IMG/VR virus record: IMGVR_UViG_3300009037_000016
Span: 1 to 30,939 of that record
Length of the DNA stretch: 30,939 nucleotides
Reading direction: 5' to 3' (one strand)
DNA from: a virus
Taxonomy: Duplodnaviria > Caudoviricetes
In this document: one piece after another, positions 24,989 to 30,939 of the stretch
Position numbering within the stretch: the first letter of the stretch is position 1
Layout: the number at the start of each line of letters is the position of its first letter
Notes under the pieces: generated by a model
The model's input: the letters and a program-made list of their open reading frames with translations, nothing else
Databases searched by the model: none
Told to the model about the DNA's origin: nothing
Program-made: the position numbers and the translations under genes

Positions 24989-25017
24989 TCCCTTTGTCTT
25001 ATTTTAGACCATAGCAT
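24988..25017. repeat. Dispersed palindrome, copy 6 (most degenerate)
   Basis: ATCCCTTTGTCTTATTTTAGACCATAGCAT. Confidence 0.75.
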
Positions 25018-25032
25018 TTAACAGTGTGGAAA

Positions 25033-27048
25033 ATGGGAAACGGCTATAAATATACAAGTCCAGAAAATTGGGCGAGTGATAAAGGGGATATGTATTCCCA
25101 GAATTATCACTATAAATACCATGATAATCTGGATTTGAAGCCTGGAAGTGAACTCCATGAAAGGATTGTTCGCCACGTCATGGAGAGGGCTCAAGCTTCG
25201 TACGATGTTATATCTAAAAAATTCAGTACATTTGAGCAGATGGATCGTGTTGTGACTGCATATATTCCGGCGGATGAATCTACAGACACGAAGGATGTTG
25301 GTGAAGACACAGACAAAACTGTTAAAACTGTTATAGTTCCTGTTTCCTATGCAATTTTGGAGACTATGCTCTCCCAAGTGGTGACTGCATTTCTAGATCT
25401 TCCTATGATGAGATATGCCGGAGAAGGTGATAAAGCTATCGTAAAAGCTGCTTTAATGGAGAAGGTTGTTGAAAGACAGTGCGTACTGAATAAGATTGGT
25501 CTTCCAATACATACAGCTGGAAGAGATAGCTTGCTGTATGGCTTTGGTCCTGTGGTTCCTAGCTGGATGATAAGAACTGGAAAGCGTGTGGTGACATATG
25601 AAGAGCCAACTGGATTAGGGGAAACCTTCGATATTTATAGTGCTCTTGGGTTGGAACCAGAAGCTGCACCAACTGGGAAGTTGGGACGTCGTCTTGAGGA
25701 AGGAACCCTTTGGGAAGGCAACGAATTAACAGCGATAGATCCATATCTTTACCTTCCGGATGTTAGTGTTGGAATAGAAGAACCCAATAAAGGTGAGAGG
25801 GTTGGCTGGATTGGGAGGGAAAATTTGGTTTCTCTTCGGCAGGAAGAAACTCAAAAGGATTCAGATCTTATAAACATTAAGTATCTCCAACACTATCCAG
25901 CCCGTGGTGTATCAACTTCTAGTATTATTCTGAACGATAGATATAAAAGGGACGAAAAACACGGAATCACTGAAGAAGACCATGCGACAACGGTGGATAC
26001 TAACTTTGATGTAGTGTATTCTTTCCAGAGACTCATTCCGAAGTACTGGAATCTTGGTTCTGGCACGAAACCAGAGATATGGATGTTTGCAGTTGCCTGC
26101 GATTGTGTTCTAATAAAGGCAAAACCACTAGAATTCCCGTATGATTCTGAGATTCCGGTGAAGGTGTTGGCTCCAGAATTCGATGGACATAGTATTCTGC
26201 CTACAAGTAGGATAGAAATCAATTATGGGATGCAAGACACGGTGGATTTCCTGTATAGTTCTCATATGGAGAACGTGAAGAGGGCTATAAATGATATGCT
26301 TATTTATGATCCATCTGTTCTTGTAAGTTCTGACATCCTCAAGCCTGGTGCTGGCAAGAGAATCCGAATGAGAAGGAGTGCTTGGGGTATAAAGGATGCA
26401 CGATCGTCTATATTTCAAGTGCCTGCACAGGACTTTACGAGGAATCACTTATCGGATGCTATGCTTTCTGTGGATTTAATGTATAGAGCCACGCCGGCGT
26501 CGGAGACTAGGCAGGGAAATATCAGAAAACAAGGTGAAAGAGTATCCGCTGCTGAGGTGCAGTCTACACAAATGGGTTCTTTTACAAGGATAGACCGGTC
26601 AATAAAGATAGCATCCATGCAAGTTATGCAGGATCTTGCACGATTATTCTGCTGGTCGACCCAGTGGAGGATGTCCCAGAGTGTTTGGGTGAGTCTCACT
26701 GGAAGATATGAGAAGCAACTGCGGGCTGAATATGGTGAAGAAACAACTGGTATGAATGTTCAGCCGGCGGATTTAGTGGCTGATATAATGGCTATACCAC
26801 ACAGTTTACCATCTTCCTATATAGACAATCCGAAGTGGTGGATAGAATTGAGTAAGATGGCTTTTACGCAGCCGGAATTGGTTCGAAAACTTAGTAGTGT
26901 ACGTATCTGGCTGCATCTGGCTAGAACCCTCGGTGCAAGAAATGCAGATGAATTCCAAAGAACCGAGCTGGAAACGCAGGTTGTGGATGATGAGACGGCT
27001 ATGCTGGAAGCTCAGAGGGGAAATATAAAACCATTACCGGGGTCGTAA
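25033..27048 (+). CDS. Portal protein (podovirus/SU10-type)
   Basis: About 670 aa directly after terL; DSLLYGFG and Q..VD....SH.EN; RVSAAEV motif. Confidence 0.85.
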   Translation: MGNGYKYTSPENWASDKGDMYSQNYHYKYHDNLDLKPGSELHERIVRHVMERAQASYDVISKKFSTFEQMDRVVTAYIPADESTDTKDVGEDTDKTVKTVIVPVSYAILETMLSQVVTAFLDLPMMRYAGEGDKAIVKAALMEKVVERQCVLNKIGLPIHTAGRDSLLYGFGPVVPSWMIRTGKRVVTYEEPTGLGETFDIYSALGLEPEAAPTGKLGRRLEEGTLWEGNELTAIDPYLYLPDVSVGIEEPNKGERVGWIGRENLVSLRQEETQKDSDLINIKYLQHYPARGVSTSSIILNDRYKRDEKHGITEEDHATTVDTNFDVVYSFQRLIPKYWNLGSGTKPEIWMFAVACDCVLIKAKPLEFPYDSEIPVKVLAPEFDGHSILPTSRIEINYGMQDTVDFLYSSHMENVKRAINDMLIYDPSVLVSSDILKPGAGKRIRMRRSAWGIKDARSSIFQVPAQDFTRNHLSDAMLSVDLMYRATPASETRQGNIRKQGERVSAAEVQSTQMGSFTRIDRSIKIASMQVMQDLARLFCWSTQWRMSQSVWVSLTGRYEKQLRAEYGEETTGMNVQPADLVADIMAIPHSLPSSYIDNPKWWIELSKMAFTQPELVRKLSSVRIWLHLARTLGARNADEFQRTELETQVVDDETAMLEAQRGNIKPLPGS

Positions 27049-27521
27049 TGTTTGTAGTAATAAGTCTTGTCGTATTGGCTCTTGCGATTTGTGTTTTGAG
27101 CTATCTTCTTTGGAAACAGAAACCAGCCTTGGAATTTATAAAGGTGGGGTCTCCAAAAGTGGAAGATGATAATAACGGAAATAAACCAGTCTTGGTTTAT
27201 ACAACTTCAGAATCCGACACTGATGAGGATACATCCCTTGACCCAGGCGAACTCCTGGCACTCTTTGATAGCCCTGGCTGGAAGTTTTATATGAGGGAGA
27301 TGTTTGGAGTTGTCGGAACATTACGGAATTCTTTAGAATTTGAGTGTGATGAGTCCACAGCTGAAGGGAGACGGAAAGCCCTCTTTACAAGAGGTCAGTT
27401 GACTGCGTTCCGGGCTATGATAGCATGGGCTGCCACCATAAAAGATGAGATAGATGTAGAAGAATCAATAAAGGAAGGATCCGTGAGTGAAAGGGTCCTA
27501 GCAAACAGAAGAACCAAATAA
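27048..27521 (+). CDS. Post-portal protein with N-terminal TM
   Basis: SPGWK...RGQ..AF motif typical of genes between portal and scaffold. Confidence 0.7.
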   Translation: MFVVISLVVLALAICVLSYLLWKQKPALEFIKVGSPKVEDDNNGNKPVLVYTTSESDTDEDTSLDPGELLALFDSPGWKFYMREMFGVVGTLRNSLEFECDESTAEGRRKALFTRGQLTAFRAMIAWAATIKDEIDVEESIKEGSVSERVLANRRTK

Positions 27522-27532
27522 GGAGAAGTTTA

Positions 27533-28495
27533 ATGGGAAGTGATCTCGCAAGCTCTATGGCTGAGGATTTGAACCCTAATTTGGGCAAAGATCAGCAAAC
27601 GAGCGATAAAGGTCAGGCTGCGGAGAAGTCCGAAGGTGGGGAGGTTGAGAAAGAAGAAACTGTCGGTAGTGGATCTTCCACTGTCGATGAAATGTTGTCC
27701 CTTGGTGAGGAGGATAAAACCGATGAGGACGAGTCTGAAGATTCTACAGAGGACAAGTCAGAAGTCATTCAGGAAGCTGAGGACAAAGACAAGACCGACG
27801 AGCAGCACAAGACCGATGAGACAAGATCTTCCGAGTTTACGCCGGATGTTCTTGCAGAGCTTAGTGAAGTAGCAGCAAGGATTGGGTGGGGACAAGCGGT
27901 TGAGAAGCCAACTGTAGAAGGTAAGAAGGAAGATAAAGCTCCTGCCGGGAAGGGTGTGGAGGAGTCAGGTGGTGGTAGTCAAGGAATCGCAGAAATTGAT
28001 TTCTTCAAGGATATTCCTGCAGATGCAGAAATAGATCGGAAGGCAATCAATAAATCCCTTAACATGGCTGTCCAGAGTCAGGCTGAGCTTATGTTGAAGC
28101 AGGTTCCGGGTATGATTTCTGGAGCTGTCCAGTACCAGCTTGGAATGATGATGCTTGTGAATAAGTTTTATTCGGACAATCCAGACTTGGATTCTGTGAC
28201 TCGATCTGATGGAAGTAAGGTTAGCCTTCGTCCGTTGGTTGGACAGATTGCTCAAGAGCTGGCTGCTTCTAAGCCAGAGTTGGCAAATGACCCTGTAAAA
28301 TTGTACGAAGCAACAGCCGTGAGAATGCGGGAGAAATTCGGCATTCGTAAGAATGTAGCTGCAAGACCACAGGGTGCTAATTTTAGGGGTACACCACCCA
28401 GACAAGATGGACCTCGCGTAGGTGGAGGTCCTAGAAAGTTATCTACACGCCAGGATGATTTGGAATACTCCAGAAAAACTGGGCGTAGATATTAA
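27533..28495 (+). CDS. Probable capsid scaffolding protein
   Basis: Acidic low-complexity N-half, FYSDNPDL, basic C-tail; lies between portal and capsid. Confidence 0.75.
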   Translation: MGSDLASSMAEDLNPNLGKDQQTSDKGQAAEKSEGGEVEKEETVGSGSSTVDEMLSLGEEDKTDEDESEDSTEDKSEVIQEAEDKDKTDEQHKTDETRSSEFTPDVLAELSEVAARIGWGQAVEKPTVEGKKEDKAPAGKGVEESGGGSQGIAEIDFFKDIPADAEIDRKAINKSLNMAVQSQAELMLKQVPGMISGAVQYQLGMMMLVNKFYSDNPDLDSVTRSDGSKVSLRPLVGQIAQELAASKPELANDPVKLYEATAVRMREKFGIRKNVAARPQGANFRGTPPRQDGPRVGGGPRKLSTRQDDLEYSRKTGRRY

Positions 28496-28519
28496 CTGAC
28501 AATCAGGAGGAGTTAGAAA

Positions 28520-28894
28520 ATGAGTTTCGAAAATCAAGCGCTCAATCAGAGTGTGGACGCAGTTCCAAACAAGATTATACACCCTGTGGTAACTACATCT
28601 CTTAAGGTGTATGAACAGGTTGTGTATGTTAGTACTGTCGATGCGCATGTTACGATCACGATGCCTCCAGTGGCGGAAGCCGCAGGTAGGATTTATTCCA
28701 TCATGTGCATTTTGAGAACTGGTTCTTATGATGTTACCATCACAGATTACAAGGACGACACTGGCAATGCCACTAAAGCCCATGGTGATCTTGGTAATGC
28801 AAACCTTGTTCTCAATGCAGCTAACGAGCATGTAATTCTGTATTCCGACGGCGTTGCTTGGCATCTGCTCAACAATGTCACCAACATTAGTTAA
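28520..28894 (+). CDS. Small beta-sandwich virion protein, possible head decoration
   Basis: VTITMP...G.IY.I...L......VILYSDG..W; AGGAGG RBS. Confidence 0.65.
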   Translation: MSFENQALNQSVDAVPNKIIHPVVTTSLKVYEQVVYVSTVDAHVTITMPPVAEAAGRIYSIMCILRTGSYDVTITDYKDDTGNATKAHGDLGNANLVLNAANEHVILYSDGVAWHLLNNVTNIS

Positions 28895-28906
28895 GGAGGT
28901 GCTGAT

Positions 28907-29830
28907 ATGAGCCGAGCAGGAATGTTTATGAGAGAACCCTTTGGGCTCTCTATTCAGGGTGATAATTGGATGTTAAAGGGTAAATCCCTTTATGCCAATA
29001 ATATCATCGCCCCGACGCCTGGTAAAATTTACTATGTGTCTGTGGCAACAGGTGCGGATACGTACCTTGGTACGTCTTGGAAGAAACCTTACAAGACCAT
29101 TGCAAAAGCAATAACCATGGTGAACACTGGAGGTTTTAGCAATAATCTGATTATTGTGGCTCCAGGAACGTATCCAGAAAGCCTCACACCACCGACGGTG
29201 GGCTGTATGATCCTTGGGGTAGGGAGTTTTGGCAGTGTTGCACAGCCACTGATATCACCAGCTGCTGGGGATCCAGTAGTTGGAGCTGTTAGTAAACTAG
29301 CGTTGATAAACCTCAGGTTTCAATCTAACGCTGTAAATACTAACTGTTTGAATTTAACTACAGTTCAGGATATGCTTGTTGAGAACTGTACATTCATCTC
29401 CAACAATGCCACAACTGGTGGGAATGCGATCGATGTAGAGACATCGATGTATGATAGTGTTATCAAGGGTTGTTACTTTACTACTTTAGAGGCTGGAACT
29501 CCATTCCTTAAGGGGATCTATATCACTAAAGCAGCTAGAAACCTAATCATTGGTAACATTATTACTGGTTTAAAGGTCAATGCCACTGCTAGAGGTATTC
29601 ATATAGTGGCTTCTACCGGCCCTGCTTATTTAGATAACATTATCAAGGATAATATTATCTATATTGGGGCAGCTGGGGAAGGTATCACTGATGCCGATTC
29701 TATGTCTCTAATTATAGGGAATAGAATAATGACGGTGGCTGGTACTAGCATGACAGCAGCTGCAGGTTCTATGATAGATAATAAGTGGCATAATGCAACA
29801 GCATGTGTTACTGTATTTGCTGAGACCTAG
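28907..29830 (+). CDS. Right-handed beta-helix (pectin lyase-like) virion protein
   Basis: YYVS...G.D...G.SW..PYKTI.KA, VAPGTY.E, repeated I.GN.I/VENCTF strands. Confidence 0.8.
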   Translation: MSRAGMFMREPFGLSIQGDNWMLKGKSLYANNIIAPTPGKIYYVSVATGADTYLGTSWKKPYKTIAKAITMVNTGGFSNNLIIVAPGTYPESLTPPTVGCMILGVGSFGSVAQPLISPAAGDPVVGAVSKLALINLRFQSNAVNTNCLNLTTVQDMLVENCTFISNNATTGGNAIDVETSMYDSVIKGCYFTTLEAGTPFLKGIYITKAARNLIIGNIITGLKVNATARGIHIVASTGPAYLDNIIKDNIIYIGAAGEGITDADSMSLIIGNRIMTVAGTSMTAAAGSMIDNKWHNATACVTVFAET

Positions 29831-29873
29831 CAGCGAACGGTTTTTCTTTTGAAAATAAGAGAAGGAGTTTGAA

Positions 29874-30938
29874 ATGAGCGTAACTGCTCCGTTTTTAGGT
29901 ATGCAAACAACGGGAGGATGGGAGGCTAATCAGCCTCTTGAATCCTACAGGGAAGAAATTCTCTTCCTTGATCCTAATGGGACTGCCCCGCTGCTTGGTA
30001 TGCTGAGTAAAATGGGTGCTGGAAAACCACTGAATAGTGGTGCATACCATTGGTATACTCAGGTAATGCCAGAGCAGGGCGGTACTATTACGGATGTTTG
30101 CCTGGATAGTGACTTCACAACGTATGTTTCTGGCGCTGTAGCTGGAAGCATTCTGTATGTTCGAGTCACTGCCACACCGGCTACCGGCGTAGCCCAAGTG
30201 AGTGAATTCCGTCCGGATCAACTTGTTGTTCTGCGGTATTCACTGGATGATACGGTCGATGTATTGGCTAGAGTTCTTTCGATTGTTGTAAATGGCACGA
30301 GTTCCTACGTGGTTGTCAAGCTTGTTGAAGCCGATGACAACTCCGCAAGGGGTTACAACCTAGCGAATGCGGACAAGATGTATGTAGTTGGTTCTTCCCA
30401 TCAGGAAGGTGGAATGCCACCGACGGGTGTCAACTACGTACCGACCAGGATTTCATCTCATACGATGATTTCCAAGGATACCTGGAAGATTAGTGGTTCT
30501 GCGCTGGAGACAGAACTTCGTACAGCTCCCAATAGGGCTGCCATTATTGCACAGAAACGTCAGACGTGCAGAATGCTCCATTTTAATGAGATGGAAGGAG
30601 CCTGTTTCTTCAATAAATACGGTGAAGAAACCGCAGGTGATGGTTCGTCCATTTGGAAGTTCATGGGGATCTTCGAGTTTGTGAAGACATATGCATCTTC
30701 CAACATTGATAACTTCCGGTACAACGCCGCGTATTCTACATTAAGTTGGACTGAAGGTGGTGAAGACTGGATCAACACGGCTTTGAATGCTAACTTCAAG
30801 TACAAAGCACGTGATATGATCACACCACCTGATAGAATCGGCTTCACCGGATTGGATGGTCTCCAGGCTCTCAACAACCTTGCCCTAGCAGCTGGACAGC
30901 CAAGGCTTGAGCCGAAGCAGAAGGCTTGGGGTATCCAA
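29874..30938 (+). CDS. Major capsid protein (SU10/DUF5309-like), truncated by the window
   Basis: Not in ORF track; AAGGAG RBS, open to the window end; ILFLDPNGTAPLLGMLSKM, VGSSHQEG, H.NEME.A.FF, FMGI. Confidence 0.85.
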   Translation, partial: MSVTAPFLGMQTTGGWEANQPLESYREEILFLDPNGTAPLLGMLSKMGAGKPLNSGAYHWYTQVMPEQGGTITDVCLDSDFTTYVSGAVAGSILYVRVTATPATGVAQVSEFRPDQLVVLRYSLDDTVDVLARVLSIVVNGTSSYVVVKLVEADDNSARGYNLANADKMYVVGSSHQEGGMPPTGVNYVPTRISSHTMISKDTWKISGSALETELRTAPNRAAIIAQKRQTCRMLHFNEMEGACFFNKYGEETAGDGSSIWKFMGIFEFVKTYASSNIDNFRYNAAYSTLSWTEGGEDWINTALNANFKYKARDMITPPDRIGFTGLDGLQALNNLALAAGQPRLEPKQKAWGIQ

Positions 30939-30939
30939 G

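Noticed and set aside
5881-25017. Dispersed palindromes as a CRISPR array or as TTGACC -35 boxes
   Set aside because: Copies are kilobases apart with no spacers or cas operon, and no consistent -10 follows TTGACC at 16-18 bp.
17740-30877. Minus-strand and alternative-frame ORFs in the right arm
   Set aside because: Shadows of the structural genes; no recognisable motifs.
1-30939. Stop-codon reassignment, or prophage integration features
   Set aside because: Long genes are intact in code 11 and end in TAA, TAG and TGA; no integrase or host genes are seen in the window.

Overview
A ~31 kb piece of a tailed dsDNA bacteriophage genome (Caudoviricetes, standard code 11) with two divergent arms. 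The left arm (minus strand, ~16.8 kb to base 1) holds many small early genes, a Cas4-like nuclease/Sak4/SSB recombination module, a HAD deoxyribonucleotidase, a ParB-methyltransferase fusion and a UDG-fused family A DNA polymerase that runs off the left edge. The right arm (plus strand, from 17.6 kb) holds a probable terminase small subunit, M15 endolysin, LamG and membrane proteins, a fibre protein, terminase large subunit, portal, scaffold, two probable head-decoration proteins and a SU10-like major capsid protein that runs off the right edge. The most interesting signals are non-coding. (1) A sigma54-type promoter with an IHF-like box and repeated enhancer-like palindromes heads the early arm. 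(2) A 30-31 bp palindrome occurs six times in one orientation, a possible parS-like site for the ParB-MTase. (3) A 78-bp-arm hairpin has all nine transition mismatches reading as G-U on the minus strand. (4) Two tRNA-like elements have the anticodon arm replaced by a long irregular stem. (5) Two sigma70 promoters share an identical 17-bp upstream box. The polymerase also has unusual active-site residues. All calls come from reading motifs by eye; no database searches were run.
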